DNA from: Takakia lepidozioides
Taxonomy: Eukaryota; Plantae; Bryophyta
NCBI GenBank assembly: GCA_030704615.1
Contig: CM060732.1
Location: 24,552,001 to 24,616,000, forward strand
DNA: 64,000 nt
Direction: 5' to 3'
Shown: positions 1 through 13,131 of the stretch, piece by piece
Layout: every line of letters begins with the position of its first letter
How positions within the stretch are numbered: position 1 is the first letter of the stretch
Position numbers and translations under genes: made by a program
The notes under the pieces: generated by a model
Seen by the model: only the letters and a program-made list of their open reading frames with translations
What the model was told of the DNA's origin: nothing
The model's database searches: none

Positions 1-419
1 TCAGACCAACTAATTTTTTATTTGCAATGTTATATTCATTTATAATATCTATCGCTAATTATTGAAAAGGCTGCAATGTAAAGCAAGATCTGAGCTGAAC
101 CTTGTCTGCGAATATCACCGAACCATCCTTGGCTTCCACTCTTACAGACGCATTTGCACATGGACAGGTTAGGCGAATGCACTCAACCATGTTGACAGTG
201 ACAGTGTAGAAGGTGTGCTCTAAACAGAGTGCAAGTACAAACAGAATGATGTCAGTGTCTGTATGTACATTGAGAAATTTGAAATGGAGCGGTCCTTGTC
301 CACCACTTTCCAGGTGGCGCAGCTTTGGCATTTAGCAAACGACATTCTTCTGGCATTTTCCAACGACAACTTACCTGTCGGAATCCGCGTAAATCCCTAA
401 CATTCCGACTGATTGCCGA

Positions 420-1185
420 AAGTCTGCAACGACTTCATGGCAGAGCAACGATCCTACAGATGGACCCACGAAGTCCGTCGTTGCCGTTCGAAATAAAACC
501 GGCAAGTCGGTGCAGAATTGCCTCTGAGCACAAGGCCGCAAACCGCAAAAGAACCCCTCAAAAAATGCGCAGCCCACTTCATGATGTCTTCTTCGGAAAT
601 GAACCTGCCGGAAGTTTGCGCCGACTTCCGGAAATGGTCTGCCGAAATGTAGTTTTCGCAAAAACGGCAAGTCTGTGACGACTTCCGGCATTTTCTGACG
701 GGAATCTGTGGAAATATGCCTAAAATGGCCTGCCGGGACTAAGTTTTTAGGGACAGGCATCAATATAACGTCCAAGTCGGTGCCGACTTGCTGGAAGTGC
801 ACTCCCGGCGGCCACGAAAGTCCAACTTTGGGCGGACTAATAGCAATGTCCCCGGAAAGTTTGTGCCGACTTCCCGGAAAACCGACGGGCAGTCCGCACA
901 TGCAATGTCAGGCGTTCAGGCTGCCCTTACATTTGGGAATAGACCAGCCGGGAAGTCGGCACAGACTTCACGGCAATTATCCGTTTTCAGGCGGACATAA
1001 CCCGGGAAGTCTTGGCAGACCTCCTGGAAACATCATTATTAGGCAGACATCACCGGCAAGTCTGCACAGACTTGCCGCAAAATTCCACATTCAGGCGCTA
1101 CGTGTGACATTTTGCGGCACTGCACGTCTCGTGTGGTCACGTGTTCGGGATTGAAGTGCCGGGAAATCTGTGCAGACTTGCCGGA
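420..1185. repeat. Array of about 10 dispersed palindromes, consensus CCGG(G/C)AAGTC-N6-GACTT(G/C)CCGG (family-B motif)
   Basis: Copies seen near 420, 504, 612, 668, 774, 857, 953, 1006, 1058 and 1164, e.g. ccggcaagtctgcacagacttgccg. The sequence between copies is unique. Confidence 0.85.
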
Positions 1186-1476
1186 AATTGTGCGTTTTCA
1201 GGTGATGACTTTGACCTTTCAGGCAACGCACGTGTCGCTTAGGCACCCGTTGGGGCCTACGTTGTGAGTGGCGCATCCTCGAAACGTCTTCCAGAAGCAT
1301 TGCCGCGAAGCGACTTCCACCAAGCCGCCACTTTCTCGTATTCCGCCAAACCGCCTCTTCGCTCCCGCACCTGCTCCTTCGCTTCATCGCTCAGTCTGCC
1401 CACGTCTTCTGCCCCTCCGTGGATTGCAGTACGTCGCAACGCTTTTGGCGAGGCGCTCCCGGTTTTTTCAGCAACC

Positions 1477-3400
1477 ATGGAGGCTATTGGTGAGGACGAC
1501 CCCGACTTTCAGCTTGAGAGACCCTCACAGATGGTGCTGAGGACCCGCACCATTGTTTCCAGTTCGCAGAGCAGCGAGCAGGCACGCGGGCAAGGGAAGG
1601 CACGGGGGAACACCATGAAAGGGCATTCTGGATCTGCAGACGCCTCAGCCCTATCCTCCTCTCGGCAGCGGAAATCAGATCGCTCGCTCATGTCGGTATC
1701 AAACCGCTCGTCGCCGGGAGTAGGGAGCTCGCACAGGGGTCAACATGTCAGGGGTCCAGCAGCGCCTGGCGTAGACGTGGTGCTCACTGCAGAGAGACGG
1801 CAGAGAGCTCTAAAGACGTTGAGAGACAGCGCCCTGAACCACACTTCCAGCTCCATTTCCCATCTTCTCCGAAAAGGCCACCCTCCACGTGTTCTCCTGT
1901 GTAGGATAAGGACGGTACCCGCTGTTCGGCGAGCTGAAAGGCCCGGGATAGAGAAGCTGAAGCTTTTTTTTTTAGGGAGATGGGTACAACGACGCCCTTG
2001 CGTCCTTTCTGCTTGCAACGAACAACACCACAGGAGTGGCTTCCACCATCACGCCCGAGGATAGAGCGACCTGGGACATGCATTGGCAGGAGGAGGACCG
2101 CTGCTTTGAGGAGGCTGTCAAGGGCACCACCTGGGAGTTTTTGAGCAACCAATGGTTGTATATCTATGACGGCAACCACCGCTACTTGGCGTGGATGGAT
2201 GTGATAACAGAGCAGCATGCCGACGACCCCGAATGGCACTATGTAGTCAATGCGAAGATTCTGGATGTGAAACAAGAGGACATCGCTTTGGTCAGAAGGG
2301 CCATGAATCGCATGAACGTGTAAGACTGCTCACATTTCTTCATAGTCTGCTCATATGAGCATTGTTTCTGTCGTCAGTCCCGTAGTGTTCTGCTCATATT
2401 CGCAAACATTTCTCGGCGATTACTCCGACTGCAAGATGTGGGGAGTCGGTGCCGATTTCCCATGCGAAGTGACAGTGTTGAGGGGTCTGTGCCGACTTCT
2501 GCAGTTGCTTTCTGTAACATGCTGTGTTTGACGCAATGCTGTTTCATTTTGTTTGATGGTGAGCTTCTCTACTCGGGTAGTCTGTGCTGACTACCGAATA
2601 TGTGGTCTGGCATGAGAATGAGTAGTCTATGCCGACTACCCAATCAGAGCTATGCAATGGCAGTGAGTAGTCTGGACCGACTTCCCAGGTCTTGTTATGG
2701 CTCTGCATGTAATGGTGTTTTTTTCGTGGACTGCCATAGTATGGGAAGTCTACAACGACTACCCATTCCTCAGCCTTGTTCTCCCTGTGCTTACTCCAAT
2801 GTTGTTATGCAGGGTGACAGAAGAGGGCAATGTCAAGTCCGACCTGGCACACAAGCTTTACTATTTCCAGCTATGCGCAACAACTCCAGTCGAGTAGTAC
2901 AAGAATTCACTATCCGATGAGGTGTACCTCAAGTGCCTCAACAAACGAGACACGAATTGGATGACATTGACACAGGAGGGCCTTGTCGAGTTCATGGCAC
3001 AGGAGTCATTCCGGGAGATAACGGATGATACACTGGCAGAGTATTCTCACCTTTCCAACACCCCGGAGAATGCAGAGATTGTGGAATCAGCTCTTGATGC
3101 AAATCTGGCAGTGAATGGCACTCAAAGATTGTCAAGTACAGTTCTATCTGTGATCCAGCCCTTGGCAACGGGTTCCTTTTTGAGATAATCACATACTACA
3201 ATAAGTTGTGCGCCCTGGATAGAGCGGAGATGACTCTTGAGAAACTTCAGATGGTTGCCACCAGCCTCGTTTCTACGAAGGCGAAGATTGGGTGGTTGAA
3301 ACTATGGAATTTGCCACCGGCCAACAGGAGAATCTTCCCGGCGTCACAAACGGACAAGGAATTCAATGATTGGGTGGACAAGGCCACTTGGTGGTGGAAC
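1477..3400 (+). pseudogene. ParB/Srx-like domain gene, family B (5' part; homolog of the ParB-MTase gene at 27.6-33.7 kb), 3'-truncated
   Basis: YIYDGNHRYLAW matches FYVWDGNHRLLAW of family A. Downstream blocks also align: WMTLTQEGLVEFM ~ WYSLTQEAFLEYM, SLVSTKAKIGWLKLWN ~ SMVDPQTKIRWLEIWN, NDWVDKATWW ~ DNWLHKATFW. Frameshift in poly-T near 1965, GT-AG intron 2320-2812, in-frame stops. Confidence 0.8.
2440..2765. repeat. Six family-B palindromes (GGRWAGTC-N6-GACTWCCC-like) inside the intron of the ParB-B gene
   Basis: Copies near 2443, 2484, 2575, 2620, 2665 and 2743, e.g. gagtagtctatgccgactaccc and gggaagtctacaacgactaccc. Confidence 0.8.
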
Positions 3401-3939
3401 ACTATTTTAATTAATTCTGGACTTTTGGCTTAAATCCGGACTAAACTTAATATATATTTGTATTAAAATTAATTAAAATATTAATAATATCATGGTGTAA
3501 TGTGTGATTGAACTTTGTGAAATTTCAGGTGATGTCATACTTGTTTCAAAATGTGTCATATAAGAGGTTCATTTGACATTGAAGTGCTCAATGTGAAGTA
3601 ACAATATTGAACAATTCATTGAACGTCCACTTGGAAGTCGAATAAAGTAAAATTCCATTGCAGGATCATGATAAACAAATGGGTCGCATCGAACATGGGC
3701 CAAACTCGTACTCTACCATACTCGATACAACTTGCTAGTAATTTTATTGATTGAATCTTCATATGAAGCACAATGTTCACCTACCACACCATTGGAATGA
3801 ATCATGTTTTGGATCTGACAAGGCAGTAAAATATTAGAATAGCATGAAACATTCGGAAGAGGTACTAGGGTAGTACAATAAGGTTTGGGGTGTAACTAGA
3901 GAGAAGTATAATAAGGTTTGGGTTTAAGAACACTATTGG

Positions 3940-5200
3940 ACAAACAAATATGGAAGACTCATAGTCGCTAGAACTTGGTGTGTGTTAATAGGATAAAAAA
4001 TAAAAATAAAAATGGAGAAACAAATATTATGGAAGAGTCATTGGGCCGGAGAAGTATTTAGATTGAGGATTCGTCCTTGGAACCTGGTATTAAGATACAT
4101 ATGGTTATGATATGGATACTTCATTCCCATTTGCAGGGGAAGGGTAAGGGTTTAGACGTAACAATGGCGTAGGGTTTTGTTTAGGGTTCCCGACGAGGGT
4201 TTAGGGTTTGGGTTGAAGGCAGAAATGGTGAGCATACATGCTGGAAGACTCGCACTCGCTACAACTTAGTGTTGTTAGTAAGCCTGTAGTACTAAGCAAA
4301 ATAAAAATGAAGAACCTAATATTATGGAAGTGTAGTCATTGCATCGGATAAGTATTTAAATGAAAGACTCGTCCTTGGAACCTGGTATTAAGATACATAG
4401 AAAGCAAAGTTCGATAAAAAATGTAAGTGCATGTCAATCCAAACCAAAGGCAAAACCTTACGCAAGGTGAAGGGCAAAGAGATTTGAATAACCATAAATA
4501 GTTATGGTTATGGTATGGATACTTCATTCCCAGTTGCAGGGGAAGGGTAAGGGTTTACACGTAACAATGGCGTAGGGTTTTCCTTAGGGTTCTCGACGAG
4601 GGTTTAGGGCTTGAGTTGAAGGCAGAAATGGTGAGCATATGTCATGCCGGAAGACTCGCACTCGCTACAACTTAGTGTGTGTTAGTATGGTACAAAATGG
4701 AAATTTGGTTACATTGAAGAGATTTGGATAACTAAAATGGTTATGGTTATGGTATGGATAGTTGATTCCCATTTGCAAAGGGAAGGGAAAGGGTTCTGGG
4801 GTATTGGGTTAAGGGTAAATGTTTAGGGTTTTCTAGTAAGGGTTTAGGGTAAGGGTTTAGGGTTTTGGTTTAAGTTACAAAATAGACAAACACTTATGGA
4901 AAACTCCAGACTTCGCTAGAACTTAGTGTTGTTAGTAGGGTACTAGTAAGCAAAAAAAAAATGAAGAACCTAATATTATGGACAAGTATTTAAATGAAAG
5001 ACTCGTCGTTGGAACCTAGACCTAGTATTAAGAAGCAAAATGTAACATGCCTAAATGCATGTCAATCCAAAACAAAGGAAAAAGCTAGCGCAAATGGCAA
5101 GGGAGAAGACATTTCGATAACCATAATTGTTATGGTTATGGTATGAATAGTTCATGGGCCATTTGCAGAAAAGGGTAAGGGTTAGGGGTAATGCTAACAA
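3940..5200. repeat. Degenerate tandem repeat (about 4 units of ~270-390 bp) containing telomere-like TTTAGGG motifs
   Basis: Anchor gaagactc..tcgcta(c/g)aactt(a/g)gtgt recurs near 3953, 4244, 4630 and 4898. ttatggt(t)atg recurs near 4101, 4502, 4741 and 5130. gtttaggg occurs at ~4179, 4199, 4602, 4821 and 4842-4862. Confidence 0.75.
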
Positions 5201-6017
5201 AAAAAGCAAGGTACTATGAAAAATGTATATCAATCCAAAATCCTAAATTGCCAAAATAAAATAAAAAATACACATTATGAGATTTGGAAAGAAAATAGCG
5301 TTATATAACGACTTTTGGGAAGCGCCTAGATCTCATGGGAGAAAATGGATCTGAAGAAAACATGAGAGAGGATAAAAAGTCAGACCACCAAATAAAAACT
5401 ATGAGAAATAAAAATTGCTTAAAATTTGAACAACGGAAAAGGACATGTGAAATTCCCTCTTAAACCAGGGCCAAAGATGAGAAGTATGAAAATGAAATGA
5501 AATGAAAATTTGGTGTAGAAAAGTCGTAGAGCTTAGAGGGAAAATGGAGGAAAACCTCAGACAAAAAACTTCAGGACTGGCAAATTGAAAAGCATGTCAA
5601 CAACGATTGAGTAAGGCTCCTCCTAGTGGGAGACATCAGTGGGAGAATTGGTTATGCGAAAAGCAAGTCCAATGTTTCAGAGAAGGATTGGAAATGGGCT
5701 ATTTTCTTCCATTGTTAAAAACCTCTTTGACCGAATTTGAAGACTCCAGTGGTCGTGTCCGCCCATTTTGTTCTTGTGATCTATATGTTATGTAGGCGAA
5801 ACTCCCCCACAGGGTATTCCTTGTTGACCAGGACGTACAACAGGCCAGAATTCAGCAAACCAGAAACAAAGGACGAGAACATCCACTGGACATTCGAGGT
5901 TCAGTGCGACATAAGAAGATTGCAAAAAAGGTCCCCCAACGCAAACAAGAAGGGCCATATAGAGAAGAAATTTTTTATTTCTTAAATCGAAGTACTGGAG
6001 TTGACCTCAACAATATG

Positions 6018-7085
6018 TCATTGGTCTGGAACTCGTTCGCACGACTCGCTTTTTGACTGACGATTAGCCTCCTCCAAATTAGCGCGCGCCTTCACTGCTT
6101 CGGCGGCAGTAATTCTCTTAGTGCTATTCCTTGTCGTATTTTTCCGTGGAGGCATTGTCCACACAACATTGTTCACGTGGATCCATTGAGGAGGATCTGT
6201 CGAGTTATACTCCCAAAGTTTTGACCAACAGTCCCTGTACCTTTCCAAGTCTGTTGGGTTACCACCTTTTCTCGGTCTCCACCACTCCACTTCACCTTCT
6301 TAAAATTAGGATCCTCCCTTTCGCGGATCACGTCAGATATTGCCACTCCCATCCAGACCGGGCACATACTTGGGTCATGAGGGCGAACGAGCACAAAGAA
6401 CCCTTTCTCAATATCCTGAACGGATTCAGGGATATTCTTGGTCGCTCACACCTCGGGCCACAGTAAAGTTCTAGGATTTCATCCTCTTCTTCCACATCTG
6501 GCACTATATGTGGATGGATTCCATCTCTGTGATGATTCTTGGACCAATTTGTTTTCGGCCAAAATCCCTCAAGAAGCTGAATACGCTCGGGAGCTTCCGG
6601 AATTGGCTTATCCAGCTCGGCGAGAATGTTTCCCCAGTACTGGTCGTATTGTTCCATTCGACCTCTGTAATGATCGTCAAGCATCATTCATTTCGTCCAA
6701 AAATCATTGTATTTTTTTATTCCATTCTTAATGAATGACTGTTTTTCGGAGGAGTCATCCCCGACTCCCCAAATAGGTCTCCTTGGAACGGCATCTAGGT
6801 CTCATTCAAAGAGCTTGGGAGTCCCGTCAGGATTGGACTTCCACATCTTCACGCTATTGTTTGTTGGAAGCCAATCCGAATCAGTAGCGGACTTCTTGTA
6901 CTTCATGACGGGCCAGCCCTCGGCATCCTTAAAAAAACGGAAGACGTGCATCTCCGAAATCCCGACCAACGCCTCCTTTCCATCTAGAATACAACCCTTG
7001 ACAAAATTCTTGAAGTCGGGAACCTCCTGAATAATCTGTGAAATGAACTGCAGATCTTGCGAGGTCATAAAAGACCTCATCTTTT
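6018..7085 (-). pseudogene. C-terminal fragment of a DUF7869-type (Sola/CMC-like) DNA transposase
   Basis: Broken ORFs 6802-7101, 6328-6687, 6173-6394 and 6018-6290 form one frameshifted protein (MRSFM..IIQEVPDFKNFV..HVFRFFKD..GWPVMKYK..WLP; PVWMG; EWWRP..YRDCW). It resembles the tail of bryophyte DUF7869 proteins. Recognised by eye. Confidence 0.55.
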
Positions 7086-9633
7086 TATACTGACAGAACA
7101 AAAAATCAACGCAGGGGAGGCACCGACATAAGTCAGCTATCTCAATACATCCTTATGTTGTGCCTTGGCATAGTAACACGTAGGAACCTCCACTGGGCAG
7201 GCGAGGTTCGTGTGGTTTGTCTTGCCGGAGTTTATGGAGGTCTACTAGAGGTCTAGTGGTCTACGGAGACTAGTCTACTAAAGTAGCCTAGGCCCGAAGA
7301 AAAACACGTTTTCGAATGTCGGAAATTCGGAAAAACAATCACAAAAAACCATGATCCTAACCCGTCATAGCCCTAATCCATAACCCTAATAATCCAGCAG
7401 CACCAGTAAACCAGGACCACAAACCACCCATACCAACCACCCATACCAACCACCCTTACAAACCACCATACAATCCACCAGCAGAGAAGCAGCAATGCAT
7501 TGAAACACCTAAACAGCTTTAATCAATTCAAACTAATTGAAATAGCCTTGGAACCACATGAATTGAAATGAGATGCTCTGCATCAGACAAGACAACACAC
7601 TCACGAAACGTGACATGCAAAAAACAAATGGTGCTCTATAACCTCTGGAACGAAAGCGAGTGAGGAAGAGAAGCAAACCAACCACGACCTAGGCGATGCT
7701 GACCAACAAAAGCAACAGTAAAACAAAAAGAAAAGCAAATCAACAAACAAAACAAAGAGAGAATGAGAGAATGACATCAAAACGAGCAAGAGAGAATGAC
7801 ATCAAACCAGATGCGTAAACGAGAACATTACCTGCTGGATGCGTGAGCCATTTCGGTGCCCCTGTTGCTGACCTGAAACGCCTGACACTTAAGCTTCCAC
7901 CGCTCCGCTCCGCTCTCCCTTACGCTCTGCTTCCCTCTCGTCTCCTGTCTGCACTTGAATCCGTTGTCTGCTTCATTTCCTCCACTGCACTCTCACGCTG
8001 CACTGAACTGCACGCTCTCTTCTCTCAGCTATCACGACACCCTGCACAACACGCTCTCTGCTCTTCACGCTCTCCCCCCTTCAAAACTCTCTGTTTTCTA
8101 GCGCTAGTCGGTCTTACCACTTCCGCAGCGCTTCCGCGTACACAATGGAGTGGCGAAAGGGTGGGCTGAACGACCACACCCCTTATATGGTGCCGTAGCA
8201 AAGGATCTGAACGATCACGTCCTTTCGAAATCGAACGGTCGCACGTTTTCCATCCAACATCCATGCAAATATCATCCAATTCATCCTTTCCATTCTGTCC
8301 ATCCATTTTACGAATGACTAGATGAAATGAAAAAATAGATGAAATGAAAAAATAGATGAATGAACGAGAAAATATGACGTTAATGATCCCTTGCACATGA
8401 TCATCAATTATAACCCCGTGGGATATTTCCCACACCCCACATGTGACGATAAATGAAATGTACAAGTCAGATCCTCCTGCGGCGTTTTGCCGCTGGGATT
8501 TACTGCTCCTGACCATGTTTACATTCGGCGGATTAAGGCTTGGAATATTTCCTCTGTCACTCATTTACGCCCGCCGCATTCTCGGCCGACTGTCATAGCT
8601 ACACGAATTCATGAGACGTTTGTCATCGGCGTCAGGCCTTCATCCACTTGGACAGCATTGAATGCGAAATACGTACTGCTTAATAAGCACGAGTGCGAAA
8701 CCATTGAACTACCGTTATCGGCCGTTATCGTTCTGGCATCATAATTGTTACATAGGGATCTACCAGTAAAGGACACTCTTTTCCGAAATCGGTCAAAGAG
8801 TGCACTCCTGCACCATCCAGAACCGTTCGATTGTGGCCATATCGGATATCAACGGCGACGGAAATCGATCCGCGAGACAATGTATCGCACTATCCCATTG
8901 GAGGAGTTCCAGCGGGCAGCTTGGTTTCCACCTCTATATAAGGTCTGAGTGCAAACTGTTCAAACCTCTATCTCTATACCTCTCACTTGCAGATTGCGTT
9001 TCCCGCACCTCTCTGGTTATCTCCCACCTCACTTCCCATAGTGCACCTCTCTGAGCATCCTGTACATCTGAGGCCATCGCAGGTGTACCTCTCTGAATTT
9101 CCATAATCTCTCGTGTGAACTGCATTTTCTCCCGTACTAAATGTTATGACATCTGTGTGTTTTCGATAGTCTACAGGAAAATCTACTTATTTCTTATCTG
9201 CATGTTTAGAAATTACAATCCAATACTCTTCAATTTCTGTATTTCGTCATACCTCAAGTTGTGGACCTCCACTGGACAGTCGCATCAATGCTCACATTCA
9301 TCCGCCTTTACAATTATTCATCCACGTAACCATGTTCATCCACTAGTATTCATCCGTCCGACTTTTTTCATAATTATCTCATCCAACCTCCATTGTACAG
9401 TGGAGGTTATATAATTAGACACAATCTTCATATGACATGTTCCAGACCAAACAATAATTCCATTTCTATTCTATTTCTCTAAAACGTTCATACGCGAGTG
9501 TATTTCCTTTTATTGTATTGATTCATCTCTGAATGTAGTCTTAACTCATACTGCTTATTACTGTAAGTAAGGTCGTCACAGAGGGGTTTTCAGTTTCTTG
9601 AACCTCGCGTGTGCAGTGGAGGTTCTGGTGATC

Positions 9634-10710
9634 ATGAGCTTAGAGACGGGTCAAAGAGTGTTTCTTACTCTTCCCGGGTCTTCATTTGAAGTAGCCACTG
9701 GGGACTGCCTTAATGTCTCCGGGGTTGGGACCTGTCATGGACACCAATTATCTTCCTCAACCATTTCAGTGGTTCTCATCTCCTGTGATGAAGCACACTC
9801 ATTATGTCCTCTTCCTTATGGACATATGGATGCTGACACCTTGAAGGAGGCAATTGCGACCCCGGTGGTGTGGAATGTTTGCGAAGTTCATGCGGAGAAT
9901 AACGAGTATCAAGGAGGGCCTGACATGAATCCTGATTTTATGACGGAGCCAAGGGATACTGCCGAGAATTCTGACGTCGTCGAGGATGAATCAAATCACA
10001 GACCATCGAAGAGTTCCGGGAATCCGAGCGGAGGACTCGGAAGAAAACTGAAGAAACTTGCAGTGCGTACTGTTGGGTGATGATGGGGGTGCACTGTTCG
10101 AAGGGAGGATTCAAGCCTGCATTCCGGACGAGGTGATCCTCAATGACAAACTGGGAGAGGACGATGTTGGAGTTCTTGTCACCAGAATATTTTCTAGAGG
10201 ATCTGGATCTTTGATGTCTCTTGTAAAATGGCCTTTAACAAAAACACGACTTTTGGAAAGTGGGAGACTACTCTCAAATGATGTGGAGAATTTTATTAGA
10301 TCCTCCGACAGTATTTAGTATGAAGATCACGAGGCAGGTGTGAAGAAAGCGGCTTATCGGCATTTTACGAGGACGAAGAGGGATCGAGATTTGGAACACT
10401 CCAAAAAAAGAATGAAGAATCTTACCTTGGAGGAAGTCCGGTCCGTGAGTAGCAAACCTTGCTGCAGACTTCACTGCTGTCAATATTTTGATTGGCGAAA
10501 AACCTTGGCTATCCGTACTTCGTTTTGGGGATCCACTTTCGATGAGAGGAGAGAACACGGACTAAATATTTCAAAACGACTTCACATGCTGGAAGGGACC
10601 TCTCGCATGACATACATTACGATTGAGGGTGTGGATGTTTGTGAGACTGCTTGGTGGAAAATTCATGGAATTGGCGGGTCCACATACATGGAATACCGAA
10701 AACAAAAACA
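9634..10710 (+). pseudogene. N-terminal fragment of a DUF7869-type transposase with two Tnp1/En-Spm (Transposase_23)-like modules and a Cys-rich domain
   Basis: VATG..CHGHQL..ISVVL..CPLPY..TLKEAIATPVVW resembles Transposase_23. A second, weaker module lies at 10058-10260. It is followed by CCRLHCCQ..R..FW..GVDVCETAWWKIHGI..TY. TATA-like ctatataa at ~8934. Stops and frameshifts present. Confidence 0.5.
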
Positions 10711-12674
10711 TTCCAGAAGAGATCTGAGAATGAAATATCAGATGTGGGCTCTGACGTGCGAACCTTCATAAATCCGGGCACTGACGAATCAATGTTTGAG
10801 GGACTTATTCGACGGGAGACAACGGAGGAAACAAAGGAAGAGAAAGATGAAAGTGATGAGTGCAATCTTCAATCTAAGATGGAGCATGTCACTAGCAAGG
10901 TTTGATTTTGTTATTACCTACCGTCCTGGACATCTTCAAGGAAAACCAGATGCTCTCTCTCGACGATCGTATCTTGCACCAAAAGAAAGGGATGCAGCTT
11001 TTGACCAACAAAAATTCATCATCCTGAAACCAACAAATCTCCAATTGAATATGCTATCCATGTCCACCTATGACGATGCAGAGATCATAAAGAAGATTCA
11101 GGAAGCACTGAAGAGCGACCATTTTGCTACAACACTACGAAGTCAACTAAATCAACCTCGAGACAACCCACATGTTACAAACGACTTCGAATTCAAAGAT
11201 GGCTTACTTTACTTCAAGGGACTTCTCTATGTACCTCCAGGACCTACACGACTTCGAATTCTTCAAACATGTCATGATCTTCCGGCTGCAGGACATTTCG
11301 GCTTCAACAAAACATTGGAGTTGATATCCAGGGACTATTGGTGGCCGCAGATGTGGAAACTCGTGAAAGAATTTATAAAATCTTGCGACACGTGTGCTAG
11401 AGCGAAGGGACCACGACATCGACCTCTTCAACCATTACCCATTCCCAAGGGTCCATGGTCGTCTGTGTCTATGGACTTTATTACGAACCTTCCAATTTCC
11501 AAGACCACCGATTCAATCCTTGTTATTGTAGATCGTTTTACGAAGATGACACATTTCATTCTATGTAATAAAACGGTTATCGGCGAAAAACTGCAAGACT
11601 CTTCCTCAATAATATCTACCGCATTCATGGACTCCCGAAGGACATCGTTTCTGATCGAGGACCACAGTTCATATCAAATTTCTGGAGGGGGTTATTTCAC
11701 ATATTGGATACTAAGATCAACCTCTCTACAGCTCATCATCCACAGACTAATGGTCAAACCGAACGTGTAAACCAGAGTTTGGAGCAGTATCTTCGCTGTA
11801 CGATAAATTATCACCAAGATAATTGGACGGACCTTCTGTCACTGGCTGAGTTTGCCTACAATAACACTATATATTCTTCGACCAAGCAAACTCTATTTTT
11901 CTCCAATTATGGTGATCATCCTCGAGTAAACCCTTTCCACATGAAAACTGCTGGAAGCCCTGTTGCAGAAAACCTTGCTACTCATGTTGCTACGATTCAC
12001 AAGGAGCTTACATCCTACCTCGCAGAAGCTCAAAAACAATACAAGGAGTATGCAGATCAACGTCGCCAACTCTAACCCCAGTTCAAGGTCGGAGATCGTG
12101 TGTGGCTTCTTCGACGGGACATACAAACCTCGCGACCATCAAAGAAGTTGGATTATCAACGCCTGGGACCATTCAAAATTATTCGACAAATAAATCCGGT
12201 CAGTTTTCGGCTAGAACTCCCACGAAATATGCGCTTCCATCCAGTCTTTCATGTTTCACTATTGGAGTTGTATCATCCATCGAATATTCCAGGGAGAGTT
12301 TCCGTACCACCTCCACCAATCGAAGTCAATCAGGAAATTGAGTATGAAGTCGACGAAGTCCTAGACCCTCGCATCAAGTATAAACGTCTTGAGTATTTCG
12401 TACATTGGAAAGGCTACGACATCAGCGAACGAACGTGGGAACCTTCATCCAACCTCGTCAATGCCTCTGACAAAGTCCAAGAGTTTTATCAACGATATCC
12501 AGCTAAGCCCCGAGCTACACGTCAATCAGACGTCACAACGATGATGTCAGCCAAGCTAGCTTCAAGGAGAAGACTCCACATTCAATGTACCTGATACACG
12601 CTAAGGAGGGAGGAGCACCACACATCAGTATATATAGCTACACTTCCAACACTTTTGCATCTTGTCTTAGCAGC

Positions 12675-13076
12675 ATGGAGTCACAAGAACCAGATACATT
12701 GGAGTTGTCGCTTACCCAACTACCAGATCAGCCGTTCCGACTCTTACGACCTTCAACATCACGCCGACACTCTCGAGACGATGGGCCACCAATGTGACGC
12801 GTACTTCCTCGTCTGGACCCCGTACGACGGCAAGTGGAGCCTACTCGAAGTCTGATAATTATGTTGGAGGTTGAGGCTTCGGACCCAGGGGGCAACGAAA
12901 TCATGTTTGAAGGCAGTTTCGAAAATCAGAATGCTCAAATTATTGGGTGGTCCCAAGTTCAAGGTGTTGGACACTATCGATGGTTACAGGGACTTATAAA
13001 TCATTTGAGTCAAGAACGAAGAGCCGAATACTTTGCAAGTACCATTCGTCGGATTTTGGATTTTCTCCAACTCTAA
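12675..13076 (+). pseudogene. Extra sense ORF (~133 codons, one internal stop) between chromodomain and PPT of the Tcn1-like element
   Basis: ORFs 12585-12797 and 12834-13076 share one frame, separated by a single TGA at 12795. ATG at 12675 is preceded by tatatata at ~12629. Confidence 0.45.
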
Positions 13077-13131
13077 GCAAGTCCAAGATTTTACCGCTCC
13101 TCGAGGAACTCGGCGCTAGAGGAGGGGGTGA

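Noticed and set aside
59-331. Possible last exons of a host gene (MPKLRHLE.., EHTFYTV..)
   Set aside because: Splice-like signals exist but no family could be recognised, so it is too weak to call.
371-1154. ORFs 371-901 and 708-1154 as proteins
   Set aside because: They translate the palindrome array (recurrent SLCRLP-type peptides) and contain no recognisable domain.
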